The notes under the pieces were generated by a model. The model did no database searches, was not told where the DNA came from, and saw only the letters and a list, made by a program, of their open reading frames with translations. Made by a program: the position numbers and the translations under genes. Below, in pieces: positions 46,767 to 56,061 of a DNA stretch of 64,000 bases. The DNA is from a virus: positions 1 to 64,000 of IMG/VR virus record IMGVR_UViG_3300022752_000054; one strand, 5' to 3'. The stretch's first letter is position 1. Every line of letters begins with the position of its first letter.

Positions 46767-47597
46767 ATGAAAAGAAACAACTACGTTCTAGAGAAAATCT
46801 ACAAAAGACTCTTAAAAGAGGCTGAAGAAGATAAGCAGCTTTCAGCTCAGCAAATAGATTACGCAAAAAAAATCGCTGAAAAACTTGCGAGTGCTGCCAA
46901 AAAAGACGTAGGTCTTCTAACTGAAAAATATGGAGATACGGGAATTGCAATAGTCCTATATAAAACAAACGTATTTGTTGGTAATGTGTTAGCCAGTTTA
47001 AACACAGAAGAAGGTAGGGGAGGAGACACACAGGCCATAGCTGATGCCACTGAAAATAGCATCGTTGGCATGATTGTTATAGACAAAGCATCTGATAGGT
47101 GTAATGACGCGATGGTCGTCAAATATGTCTTTGCAAAAGAGAAGTATGGACCATTATTGTACATAATAGCTATGCAATTCTCGCCTTCAGGTAGGATTAT
47201 ATCTGACAGAACAGCGGTAAGCGATGACGCGAGACCAATGTACGTTACCCTAGGCCAACGTGGCGATATTGAGAAAAAAGCATTGGATGACAATCTTCTT
47301 CCAATGCACAAACGCCTGACGCCTGACGATCCATCTGACGATTGCGAAGTCTGGAACCACAAAGGACAACGTCCTGAAGCAGAGTTCCTTGATTACTCAT
47401 ACGGCGGTGCTTCCATCGACATTAACAAACTGAAGAATCACCACAAAGAATCTATGGAGATGCTGAACAGATACGTGCAGAAGTATCTCGGGTGGTCTCC
47501 AGACTTTGCGGCTGACTATCTGTCAAAAGTGGCATCTATGCTGTTTATGAGAATTTACCACGCAATGCCGATATCAAAAAGAGGATTAAAAAATTAA
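46767..47597 (+). CDS. GNAT-like paralog 2 (divergent leader)
   Basis: LEKIYKRLLKE; YGPLLY..AM...SDR..VS..A...LDD...DDC. Confidence 0.7.
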   Translation: MKRNNYVLEKIYKRLLKEAEEDKQLSAQQIDYAKKIAEKLASAAKKDVGLLTEKYGDTGIAIVLYKTNVFVGNVLASLNTEEGRGGDTQAIADATENSIVGMIVIDKASDRCNDAMVVKYVFAKEKYGPLLYIIAMQFSPSGRIISDRTAVSDDARPMYVTLGQRGDIEKKALDDNLLPMHKRLTPDDPSDDCEVWNHKGQRPEAEFLDYSYGGASIDINKLKNHHKESMEMLNRYVQKYLGWSPDFAADYLSKVASMLFMRIYHAMPISKRGLKN

Positions 47598-47608
47598 AAG
47601 TTAAAGAG

Positions 47609-47911
47609 TCATAGCTTCCAATCTTTTCTCCTTAATTTTAACCATTCAATGGGAAATTGACCACAAGAATCTACCCATTCCCTCACGTTGGATAAAAATT
47701 CATCCTCCCAACCTTCTGTTTTCGACTTTTCTCTTAGTTGATCCATCAGTTGCCACAGGGCTGAAATTTCTTCACTACTCCAGGCAGTGGGATCTGCAAT
47801 TTCATTTTTTAATCGCATAGAATATGTAGGATCCCACGATTTGCTATAGCGAGCAAACGGCAAAATGCAGCTTTTTAATCGATGACATTGCGCGTTCTTA
47901 CTGCGATTCAT
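47609..47911 (-). CDS. hypothetical protein
   Basis: ORF. Confidence 0.45.
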   Translation of the reverse strand: MNRSKNAQCHRLKSCILPFARYSKSWDPTYSMRLKNEIADPTAWSSEEISALWQLMDQLREKSKTEGWEDEFLSNVREWVDSCGQFPIEWLKLRRKDWKL

Positions 47912-47922
47912 ACATATTCTTT

Positions 47923-48147
47923 ATGAAGATTCGTAAGACATCCAAGCAAAATGCTAGAGAACCCTCATATAAAGATCTTCACGACGCGTGGTGGTGCATC
48001 TACAACGCTCTTAAACACATAAAACCAAACATCGTAAGAGATTATTTCGTGCGAATCACATTCGAATCTCTGCTGGAACAGTGTAACTGGAAAATAGAAG
48101 AATGGAACGAACTAACTTTGTTAGCAAAGAAAAAAGGCCTTGAATAA
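47923..48147 (+). CDS. hypothetical protein
   Basis: ORF followed by a hairpin. Confidence 0.55.
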   Translation: MKIRKTSKQNAREPSYKDLHDAWWCIYNALKHIKPNIVRDYFVRITFESLLEQCNWKIEEWNELTLLAKKKGLE

Positions 48148-48181
48148 AAATTCAAGGCCTTTGGACGTTAGGATTTATCTT

Positions 48182-48748
48182 TTAATCGACGCCAGCAGCT
48201 TTTCTCGCTTCGAACAAGTCACGAACCGCAGACAATAGTTTACTCTCGTATAATTCTACTGGAGGATTTTTCGTCCAGTATGGAACTTGCTGACTGTCTT
48301 CATCCTTATCTCCATAATTGTTCAGACAGAAGATAGATTCAGGAAACATGTCTGTCGTTGGCAATTCGACTTTTTCCCAAACGATCTGAGGTCTACAGAC
48401 TTTCCCGCTTTCAGATTCCAAAAACGACACTTTTAGATCCCACCTCCAGGGACGAATTGAAGAATTTGAGCATTGATCGACGAATTGCTTGACCCACTCT
48501 TCCGTGGTATCAAGATACTGAGCAACTTTTGCGATCCAAATGTCTGGTGGTGGGATCCAAAAGGTGTCATATTCGTTACCTTCTTTTCTCGTTTCAAAGT
48601 ACCAAAGGACGCACATTGCAGGAGAAAATTCTTTCTTATCCCAGTTCGCCCATCTCACCCGAGTCGTCACTTTGCATGCGTCTCGAGTTCCGACGCCCTT
48701 TGAATTAACCCATTGACACGCTTCCATGATACGATCTAGTCGTTCCAT
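48182..48748 (-). CDS. hypothetical protein
   Basis: class I promoter at 48756-48785, 7 nt before ATG. Confidence 0.65.
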   Translation of the reverse strand: MERLDRIMEACQWVNSKGVGTRDACKVTTRVRWANWDKKEFSPAMCVLWYFETRKEGNEYDTFWIPPPDIWIAKVAQYLDTTEEWVKQFVDQCSNSSIRPWRWDLKVSFLESESGKVCRPQIVWEKVELPTTDMFPESIFCLNNYGDKDEDSQQVPYWTKNPPVELYESKLLSAVRDLFEARKAAGVD

Positions 48749-48805
48749 GGAATTTATCTTACACCATTTGATCTCTTTATTTCACGACAACAAAAAACGT
48801 GATAC

Positions 48806-49318
48806 TCATGCTGGGTTGATTATCAGATAAGAAACTGTGTCAGAATCTCCTGCGGCGTTCGAAACCACCGTAAAACTACCATTGGATTTCGAAGACACCA
48901 AAGGCGCGCCAGCTGGGTATGTCGCGGACTGTTTCGTCAAAAAAACCATGGAAGAAGTTTTTGCAAGGGCGTTGGTTATCGTGACGGGATTGCTTCCACT
49001 TAATATCAATGTACCCATTGGAACATTAGAACCACTGCTCAACGATATTTCCCCAGTTACCAATAGAGAACCCGTCACGATTAGAGATCCAACATCATCG
49101 ATGATGAAGTCTCCACCAGTCATCGAAAAAGAACCAGTCATCTCAAAAGCCATCGAAGAATCGCCAGTTATTTCGAGCGGACCATCTATTGTTGTTGATC
49201 CTGAAACCGCAAGAGAACCAGAAACAACAACGCTAGTAAATGTAACGTTGTCCGCTAAATCATCAGACGTTATTGTCCCGTCCTGTATCTGACCGCCCCT
49301 TATCTGTGTTCTCGTCAT
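48806..49318 (-). CDS. fibre-like virion protein
   Basis: TQIRGGQIQDGTITSDDL; repeated (S/T)GSLxV beta motifs. Confidence 0.7.
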   Translation of the reverse strand: MTRTQIRGGQIQDGTITSDDLADNVTFTSVVVSGSLAVSGSTTIDGPLEITGDSSMAFEMTGSFSMTGGDFIIDDVGSLIVTGSLLVTGEISLSSGSNVPMGTLILSGSNPVTITNALAKTSSMVFLTKQSATYPAGAPLVSSKSNGSFTVVSNAAGDSDTVSYLIINPA

Positions 49319-49380
49319 TTTCTCACAATAATTATATGCTTCAAAGTATTTGATAATTATATAGACGAGACAAGGTAAAA

Positions 49381-50079
49381 ATGAAGATCAGGTTATCACA
49401 GTTAAGAAAAATTATAAGAGAAGAAATCGCAAAACCTGCTCTGCTAGAAAACCTTGACGATCTCATAACTTCTGATATGGCCGCTGTTGTCTCCGACACG
49501 GGAACTTCTCGCACGGCCGTCGTTTATAACGTCGATGCATTAATAACGGCCCTTGGCCGCCGGCGGCTTGACACTTTCAAGGTTGTAGGAATCGTTCAGA
49601 TATCTGAACCTCGTGGGGCTCCTTGTAGAGGAGCTTGGATGATTCGCGGCATCACAGGACCTGGAAAGATTATGTACGGTCTTGCGTACGCCATGTCGCC
49701 TACAGGACTCGTAGTCCCAGATCGATCGAGCGTGTCACCATCGGCCACCGCTGCGTGGAAGAAATATTCATCAAAAGTAGGTCCAGACAAGATGTTACCT
49801 CTTGACGATGCCAGTCATCCGAAACCTGGGACTGACCCTCATCACGATAAACATCACACAGAAGACCCCAACGATGATTGCTTCACGTCACACGATGAAG
49901 AGTTTCTCAACGCTGCGTACAAGGGTCCTGGGGGAGAAGCAGCGCTTCTCGATCGTTTGACCAATAATCACGAAAGAGCGTTGAAGATGATCGATCCCTC
50001 GGGCCACCGGCGAGAAGAGATAGAGTCAGAAATTCGCGACGCGGGATTCATGGCTTTCGACATTGCAATGGATTTTTAA
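49381..50079 (+). CDS. LRxIIxEE-leader protein, GNAT-like paralog 3
   Basis: MKIRLSQLRKIIREE...LLE; PCRGAW...GPGKIMY...PDRSSVS..A...W...DDC. Confidence 0.75.
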   Translation: MKIRLSQLRKIIREEIAKPALLENLDDLITSDMAAVVSDTGTSRTAVVYNVDALITALGRRRLDTFKVVGIVQISEPRGAPCRGAWMIRGITGPGKIMYGLAYAMSPTGLVVPDRSSVSPSATAAWKKYSSKVGPDKMLPLDDASHPKPGTDPHHDKHHTEDPNDDCFTSHDEEFLNAAYKGPGGEAALLDRLTNNHERALKMIDPSGHRREEIESEIRDAGFMAFDIAMDF

Positions 50080-50104
50080 GATTCGCTATACGCAATATAC
50101 ACTC

Positions 50105-50611
50105 TCAACGACGCCTAGAACCCATGGAAAGATTTCCTGGGGCTGAGGCGTCCCACTTCTTCCCGCTACCCATAGCACCAGGACCACCACCCATCCCGAA
50201 TCCAACGGGACCTGCTGAGTTGATTCCCATGCCAGATCCAGAATGCATTCCAACATATGGACTAGATCCGTGAACGCCTGATGTGACGCCTCGAACGCTC
50301 TTCAGCGGTTTGCGGCCGACGAATTTGAACCCCAGCCCTTCTAGTTCATCACGGATTTTATCCACTGTTGCTTGAGAAGCAGACGACACTTGAACCCTTG
50401 AACGAGACACATCTTTCTGGTCCACGTTACGTGCCAGCGCCTGAAGCTCAACGAAGTTGTACTCAAACTCTTCATTGTCCAACTTCATGTCTGCGAACAA
50501 CTCGACGTTCTTGAACTCAGGTTGACCTTGCAGATCCTCGATCTGCTCCTCCACATCATCTTCTAAAACTTCACGAATAATCTGTCTTAAATCGTCTAAT
50601 CGTATTTGCAT
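50105..50611 (-). CDS. LRxIIxEE-leader protein with Gly-rich tail
   Basis: MQIRLDDLRQIIREVLE; GGAG SD. Confidence 0.7.
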   Translation of the reverse strand: MQIRLDDLRQIIREVLEDDVEEQIEDLQGQPEFKNVELFADMKLDNEEFEYNFVELQALARNVDQKDVSRSRVQVSSASQATVDKIRDELEGLGFKFVGRKPLKSVRGVTSGVHGSSPYVGMHSGSGMGINSAGPVGFGMGGGPGAMGSGKKWDASAPGNLSMGSRRR

Positions 50612-50621
50612 GTTGTCTCCA

Positions 50622-51302
50622 TCACCACGCGGCCCTGTAACGAGTCCTCCAATAAGATAGACCGGCCGTGTCCAAGGCTTTCTCCACTTCATCACGTGAC
50701 AGAATACCGCTCTTTGTCACCCTAGCGATCACAGCTTCATGGTTGTCATTCATCGTCTCTAAGACGCTCATCTCCCAACCTTGTGCCTCATAGGCGTAGT
50801 TGAGGAAATCGTCCTTCAGGACGGCACAGTCATCCGCGGGGTCAGGAGTCTCAGGTTCAGTGACATTGTCTAACTTCTTCTTGCCACGGGTTCCTTTTGC
50901 AGACATGTTGCGCCAGGCAGAGACCGCGACGTTCGTCATGGAATCACGATCGGAGATCAAGAGACCGGAGGGAGATAAAGCATATCCGATGCCATACATC
51001 AGCTTGCCAGGACCAGCGATGGAAGCAATCATCATCGCATCCCAACAAGGATCCTTCGGTTTCACCACCTGGACCCAACCGACCATATACTTTTTCAACT
51101 TCGCCATCAGTTCAGGCGACCGGTCAACAACATCACCAGGCAACTTACGCATCATGTTCTCAATGGGCATTGGATGATATACCACCACCTTGGCGCCACC
51201 ATCATCTTCAGTCAACATCGCAGCAAGCTCGTCGGTGTTGAGACTCGCCCCTTCGGCTGCCTCGCGAATAATCCGCCGTAATTCATCCAACCGTATCTTC
51301 AT
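50622..51302 (-). CDS. LRxIIxEE-leader protein, GNAT-like paralog 4
   Basis: MKIRLDELRRIIREAAEG; PCWDAM...GPGKLMY...SDRDSMT..A..AW...DDC. Confidence 0.75.
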   Translation of the reverse strand: MKIRLDELRRIIREAAEGASLNTDELAAMLTEDDGGAKVVVYHPMPIENMMRKLPGDVVDRSPELMAKLKKYMVGWVQVVKPKDPCWDAMMIASIAGPGKLMYGIGYALSPSGLLISDRDSMTNVAVSAWRNMSAKGTRGKKKLDNVTEPETPDPADDCAVLKDDFLNYAYEAQGWEMSVLETMNDNHEAVIARVTKSGILSRDEVEKALDTAGLSYWRTRYRAAW

Positions 51303-51408
51303 ACCATTTATCTCGAATATTCGTGTATAACTATACGCCTCACGCGGGAAGATAAATTAAGATCTACTTTGCAGGTATCATCGACGGATCTCACAATAAA
51401 TATGTCCC

Positions 51409-52473
51409 ATGAAGATACGCCTCGGAGAACTCAGAAGAATCATTAGAGAAGCAGCGGAAGGCAGCGGACCACTGGAGAGCAGGACCTACGTGGAGATAGG
51501 ATGGCAGAGCCCAGCGATAAACTTCGATGGGACTCCCATCTGGAATTCCGGGTTCCGCAACAAGGCAAACCCAGGAGAATCGTTGTCCGACTTCATGACG
51601 AGACACACCCTGGAAAATCCTGAACACTACCCTTATGACGGTGAGGAAGAGCTCGGGGTCCACTTCTGGCTCGTCACCATGAAGGACAAACCGGACGTCC
51701 ACCCAGGTTACGTTGAGGCGTATGAGAGGGAGATAAAATGGACGGACCGCCAGAAGCAAAACGTGCTCAGCATGATCCGCAAGAGGGTCCAAAAGACGCA
51801 GAGCATGAGAGCCTCAGGAGCTGACAAGCTTCCACCTGAAGGTGGAGAGGACGACGCCTACGGGAAATACGCATTCGCAGGGGACGGAAGACGACAGGAC
51901 GCACCGGATGAGGACGACACAGAGAAGGAAAAGAAGTTCTTCAGCGACATCTATAATGTCATATGGGGAATCCCCGGAAGTTCCTTCGATGGGGAAACAA
52001 TGCAGACCTACAGGGACCTGCTGGGATCAGGGAAGTACAAGAAGGCACTCGACGACGTCACACCATCGAAGTCTGCGGGATCGATAACCAAGGCCTACAG
52101 GGGGATGTACGTCGACGAGGTGTGGCTCAGGGAAGCATTGGGCCTTGACGAATCAGAACCACTACCGGCCAAGGGATCGTCACAGGTCAACTACACCTAC
52201 AAGTCCAAGTACGCCGGCGTGTCGTCGTGGTCCTGGGACAAGAGCATCGCAGAAGACTCTGCCGAACCGGACCCAGAGGCGGAGAAACAAGGCAAGGTCT
52301 ACAGCGTCGTGATGCACGCACCCGCCTCTCTCGACGGACCCAACACCTTCGTCCACGTCACCAAGCTGATGTACACCCTCATCAAACCTCAGTTCTCAAA
52401 CGAGAGGGAATCCATCGGAGTGGGAGACATCACCGTGGATCGGATCGAATGGAAGAAGGCGGGAAGGAACTAA
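51409..52473 (+). CDS. LRxIIxEE-leader protein with C-terminal R-S-E ADP-ribosyltransferase-like domain
   Basis: MKIRLGELRRIIREAAEG; AYRG...SSWS...A...ERESI. Confidence 0.65.
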   Translation: MKIRLGELRRIIREAAEGSGPLESRTYVEIGWQSPAINFDGTPIWNSGFRNKANPGESLSDFMTRHTLENPEHYPYDGEEELGVHFWLVTMKDKPDVHPGYVEAYEREIKWTDRQKQNVLSMIRKRVQKTQSMRASGADKLPPEGGEDDAYGKYAFAGDGRRQDAPDEDDTEKEKKFFSDIYNVIWGIPGSSFDGETMQTYRDLLGSGKYKKALDDVTPSKSAGSITKAYRGMYVDEVWLREALGLDESEPLPAKGSSQVNYTYKSKYAGVSSWSWDKSIAEDSAEPDPEAEKQGKVYSVVMHAPASLDGPNTFVHVTKLMYTLIKPQFSNERESIGVGDITVDRIEWKKAGRN

Positions 52474-52564
52474 TCCCACGAGCGCAAGACAAATTCCAGA
52501 AAGTCTGCAACCCTCCATAATACATATAGACGACCCCCACGACGGGAGAAAGACAAACACCCAC

Positions 52565-52819
52565 ATGAAACTGACAGCAACACAACTAAAGAAGATCATA
52601 GCAGAAGAAGTACAGAAGGCCCACAAACTTCAGGAAGCCAACCCAATGATGATGAGCCCACGATATCCAGCCCGTGACAAAGTCAGGCTGAGCGTCACCT
52701 TCTTCGCCTCAGGCGACAAAATAATGGCGAACTGGAAAGACTCCATGTACGTCGAAGAGAACGAAGGATCGCTTGACGACCTCCTGGACTACGTCCACAC
52801 AGAACTAGAAGTGGATTGA
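52565..52819 (+). CDS. LRxIIxEE-leader protein
   Basis: MKLTATQLKKIIAEEV...LQE. Confidence 0.7.
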   Translation: MKLTATQLKKIIAEEVQKAHKLQEANPMMMSPRYPARDKVRLSVTFFASGDKIMANWKDSMYVEENEGSLDDLLDYVHTELEVD

Positions 52820-52852
52820 TACCCCAACAACGTACTCACCGGGAGAAGACAA

Positions 52853-53149
52853 ATGAAACTCACAGCAACCCAACTAAGATCAATCATCAGAGAAGAAGTG
52901 AAGAGAACAAAGAGACTCCACGAGGCCCCGGAACTGGATGCAGGCCTCATCAAACAAGACATGGTCTCAATCCTCAACGCGTACGAAGGCCTCAACGATC
53001 ACCTCTCTGGGGATCTAGAAGACGGGTCGTTCGAAGAACTAATGCGCGACATCTTCAGCGCCAAGAGCCTCCTCGAAGACCTCCTCGACAACGCAGAAGA
53101 ACTGCGCGGCCTCCACGGCTCCAACAAGTCCCCCACAGGATACTACTGA
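52853..53149 (+). CDS. LRxIIxEE-leader protein
   Basis: MKLTATQLRSIIREEV...LHE. Confidence 0.7.
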   Translation: MKLTATQLRSIIREEVKRTKRLHEAPELDAGLIKQDMVSILNAYEGLNDHLSGDLEDGSFEELMRDIFSAKSLLEDLLDNAEELRGLHGSNKSPTGYY

Positions 53150-53467
53150 ACCACGCAACCAATCTCCCACCTCCCACCGACCCCGCAGCGGACCCTACAT
53201 CCCTCCGGGGTCGACGTGCATCTACTACACGGACACACCACCCACGCTGCCCTCTCCTACCACCCTCCACCACTCCCTACCACCTGCCTCCACTCTATGC
53301 TGCAAATGCCACCCCACGAGCGAGGACAAGTGGACACAATCTCGAGTGCCTCTGGTGAGTCAGGAGGGCAGCTGATCTGCAAATGTGCCCTGGCGGGTGC
53401 GGGATGTGCAGGAGTTGCTAGTGACCTCTTGGCGCGTTATCCCAGACGAACCCCGCTCTGAGGCCCT

Positions 53468-53632
53468 GTGTGCCCCCATGCTCACCCATGACCCTTTCGG
53501 TCTGCTTGCTCCGGTGGTGGACAGTTGCCCGTCGCCCGCCGCGGCCTCTCGTCGCTCGTGAAGAGGGGTGGTCCTCTTGTCATCGCGATGACGTGTGCCC
53601 CCATGCGTCGTGGTGTCAGGTTCGGTCTGCTT
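53468..53632. repeat. two copies of bipartite GTGTGCCCCCATGC-N14-TTCGGTCTGCTT, 125-bp period
   Basis: copies at 53468-53507 and 53593-53632. Confidence 0.8.
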
Positions 53633-53843
53633 TTCGTGCTAGTCGACATGAGCCGTTGTGTATCCAGGCCGTGCCGCCGGAGGGTAGGATGATGTTGAGG
53701 TAGAAGTCGTGGGCTGCGATGACGAGAGCGGAGGTGTAGTCCCACCCCGAGGTGGGCGCGCCGACGGGGGCTGAGTAGGCGGATGGGTAGAGGGGGGTGT
53801 GGGGTGCTAGGGCGATGAGGTCTCCTCGTTCGATTTTGATCAT
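53616..53843 (-). CDS. small 'GDLV' family protein (GC-rich copy)
   Basis: ERGDLI...LPSGGTAWI. Confidence 0.6.
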   Translation of the reverse strand: MIKIERGDLIALAPHTPLYPSAYSAPVGAPTSGWDYTSALVIAAHDFYLNIILPSGGTAWIHNGSCRLARKADRT

Positions 53844-53847
53844 GGGG

Positions 53848-53861
53848 TGCAACTAGTTGCA
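53848..53861. promoter_or_regulatory. 14-bp palindrome TGCAACTAGTTGCA (copy 1 of 3)
   Basis: also at 58682-58695 and 63269-63282. Confidence 0.55.
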
Positions 53862-54053
53862 AGGTGGGGTCAGTTCGTCGAGGTGGATGAGGTCGTGGGC
53901 AGCTTCCCAGCGGAGGCCTGATGGAAAGAGGACCTGAGTGTCAGTCAGCGCGTGGTTGAGGTCCTGTTGGACGACGACGCCGTGATCGATCACCTTGTTG
54001 TCCCAATTGATCTTGGCGACGAGGGAACCTGCCGCGAAGTGTCGTATCTTCAT
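53853..54053 (-). CDS. small 'GDLV' family protein
   Basis: MKIRHFAAGSLV...GVVV...LFPSG. Confidence 0.6.
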   Translation of the reverse strand: MKIRHFAAGSLVAKINWDNKVIDHGVVVQQDLNHALTDTQVLFPSGLRWEAAHDLIHLDELTPPCN

Positions 54054-54250
54054 GTCTCCCCGCTCGAGTGGACTGTGAAGGTGGGTGCCCATTCCCAGAA
54101 GGTGTCCCCGTGTGGGGAGAGGACGTGGACCATCGTGTCTGATCCATTGGGTGATTCCACCTTGATGACCGGGTAGACCGCCGATCGATCTCGTTCGTTC
54201 CAGGTCAGTACGCCGTGGCGGAAGGTGACCATGTCTCCCACGCGGATCAT
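54050..54250 (-). CDS. small 'GDLV' family protein
   Basis: MIRVGDMV...VLSPHG; ATGA coupling. Confidence 0.65.
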   Translation of the reverse strand: MIRVGDMVTFRHGVLTWNERDRSAVYPVIKVESPNGSDTMVHVLSPHGDTFWEWAPTFTVHSSGET

Positions 54251-55554
54251 CGCCAGGCTCCGGACTTGGGGGTCGTGGGATCGAGGGAGATGGTGATCTC
54301 GTTGGTGGGGAACTCCAGCTTGTGGCCGGGGGAGATGACCCAACCGCGCTTGACTCGGGAGGGGCCGGGGGCGGAGCACTCACCGTCGGTCATGATGAGC
54401 ATGCCGTCCCACTTGCCCCGGTTCTTCGGGTCGTTGACGATCTTGGTGGGGGCGTTGAAGTCAGTTCCACCGCCTCGGACCCGCTTGGCGTCCACGTTGC
54501 TGCCCTTCTTCCATTCGAAGGCATCGCGGAGGTCTGCTGCGCAGTCGAAGGGGAGGATGGTGACCGAGACCTTCTTCGTGAGGGTGGCGAGTTCGTTGAA
54601 GAAGAGGGCGAGCTGGCGGTCATCCACGCTTCCGGATTGGTCGATGGCGATGAGGAGCTTGGCTACGTAGCCGCGCTTCGTGCCGGGGTGGATGTAGGGG
54701 AAGCGCTTGTTGATGCGCTTGATGGTGGTGGTGCGTTCACCGCGGGCGATGTTGCCGATGAATTGGCGGAGAACGTTGCGCCAGTCGACGAGCTTGCTGA
54801 CCGAGCGGCGGATCTCCTCACGTAGCTCCGAGGGGATGTTGCCCCAGCCGTTGGCCTGGGAGTCGGCGTGCTTCGTGGCCTTCTCCACCATGCCGTTGAC
54901 CTTGGAGGCGACCATCTCCTTCTGTTCGTCGGTCAGCTCATCCCAGGCCGAGTGGTCGTCGAAGGAGTCGAGGCCGCCGAAGGGGTCACCGTCGGGGTGA
55001 GGGGTGCCCTTGGCGTTGTCACCCTTCTTGCGTTCCTCCTCAACCTTGTCCTTGAGCTTCTCGAAGTACCACTCCGAGGATTGCCCCTTGGGGAAGTCAG
55101 CGATGAGTTGGGCGATGGGCATGGCGGCTTTCTCCTCCGCCGTCCACTCGCGACCTTCGGGACCGGCAGGGAAGACGCCTGGCATGAGGCAACCGGCCGG
55201 CAGTGTCATGTTGCTGTGGCCGCTGATGATCGAGTTGATGGCGAGGTCCGTCGCCACGTTCCACATCTTCGCCGGCTTCTTGCGGCGGGTCGTGAGGTGG
55301 CAGAAGATGAGGTGGTAGAACTCGTGGGTGAGGACGCCACGGATCTCCTGGTCGCTCATCGGCCGGAAGAACTCAGGGTTCCAGTACAGGGTGATGTCGT
55401 CGAACTCCGGGTCGAAGGCCACCGCCGCCGTGGGCATGTCGAGGGTGGGCGTCTTCCGGATGTGCCGGCTCAGTTCCGCAAAGAACGGCGTGTCCTGGAG
55501 GAACGAGATGAGGTGCCGGTCCAGGTTGAAGTCTGTGTCCGTGTGGCTGAACAT
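54247..55554 (-). CDS. DUF2201-like metallopeptidase + vWA domain protein
   Basis: PTAAV; HEFYH; WNVATDLAIN; DDH..W; AIDQSGSV; GGGTDF; MTDG. Confidence 0.88.
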   Translation of the reverse strand: MFSHTDTDFNLDRHLISFLQDTPFFAELSRHIRKTPTLDMPTAAVAFDPEFDDITLYWNPEFFRPMSDQEIRGVLTHEFYHLIFCHLTTRRKKPAKMWNVATDLAINSIISGHSNMTLPAGCLMPGVFPAGPEGREWTAEEKAAMPIAQLIADFPKGQSSEWYFEKLKDKVEEERKKGDNAKGTPHPDGDPFGGLDSFDDHSAWDELTDEQKEMVASKVNGMVEKATKHADSQANGWGNIPSELREEIRRSVSKLVDWRNVLRQFIGNIARGERTTTIKRINKRFPYIHPGTKRGYVAKLLIAIDQSGSVDDRQLALFFNELATLTKKVSVTILPFDCAADLRDAFEWKKGSNVDAKRVRGGGTDFNAPTKIVNDPKNRGKWDGMLIMTDGECSAPGPSRVKRGWVISPGHKLEFPTNEITISLDPTTPKSGAWR

Positions 55555-55800
55555 AGATACATCCTATCACGGGTGGTGTATACTTTGCACCGGTCCCGAA
55601 AAAAAATCTCAAGAGAAAGATAGTTATATTGGTGAAGGGCCTCAGGTCATCCGAGTCGTGGAGGACGTTTCTTGCAGGATTCCTGTTGGGGTACCTGGCA
55701 GCGTGGGGGTTCCACTGGGCCACCACCTTCTACGCGGGGGGTGTACCTACCCATCATCACATTCCGGGTCTCACCCCTGAGCCACCGGCCGTGGAGCGCC

Positions 55801-56061
55801 ATGGACGATAAATCCTGCAAGAAGTGTGCGGAACGGGAGGAGGCGTGGGACATGCTCTTCCAGGTGAAGGATATGTTGGCATCCGTAGACACCATGATCT
55901 ATCAGGCCACCGAGGCAGGATTGGACCAAGGTCGCATCGTAGGACTCCTTGAGGCCGCCACGGCCCTGGAAAAAGCCGGATATGGGGAACTTGGCGCGAT
56001 TATTCGTAAGTTGGTCCAGGAGGACGTGATGATCCTCGGGAAGCACGACGGAGAAGCCTAA
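55801..56061 (+). CDS. hypothetical protein
   Basis: GGAG SD; CxxC N-terminus. Confidence 0.55.
   Translation: MDDKSCKKCAEREEAWDMLFQVKDMLASVDTMIYQATEAGLDQGRIVGLLEAATALEKAGYGELGAIIRKLVQEDVMILGKHDGEA

Noticed and set aside
54322-55780. Long plus-strand ORFs (e.g. 54868..55623)
   Set aside because: They are antisense shadows of the high-GC vWA gene, with no motifs or RBS.
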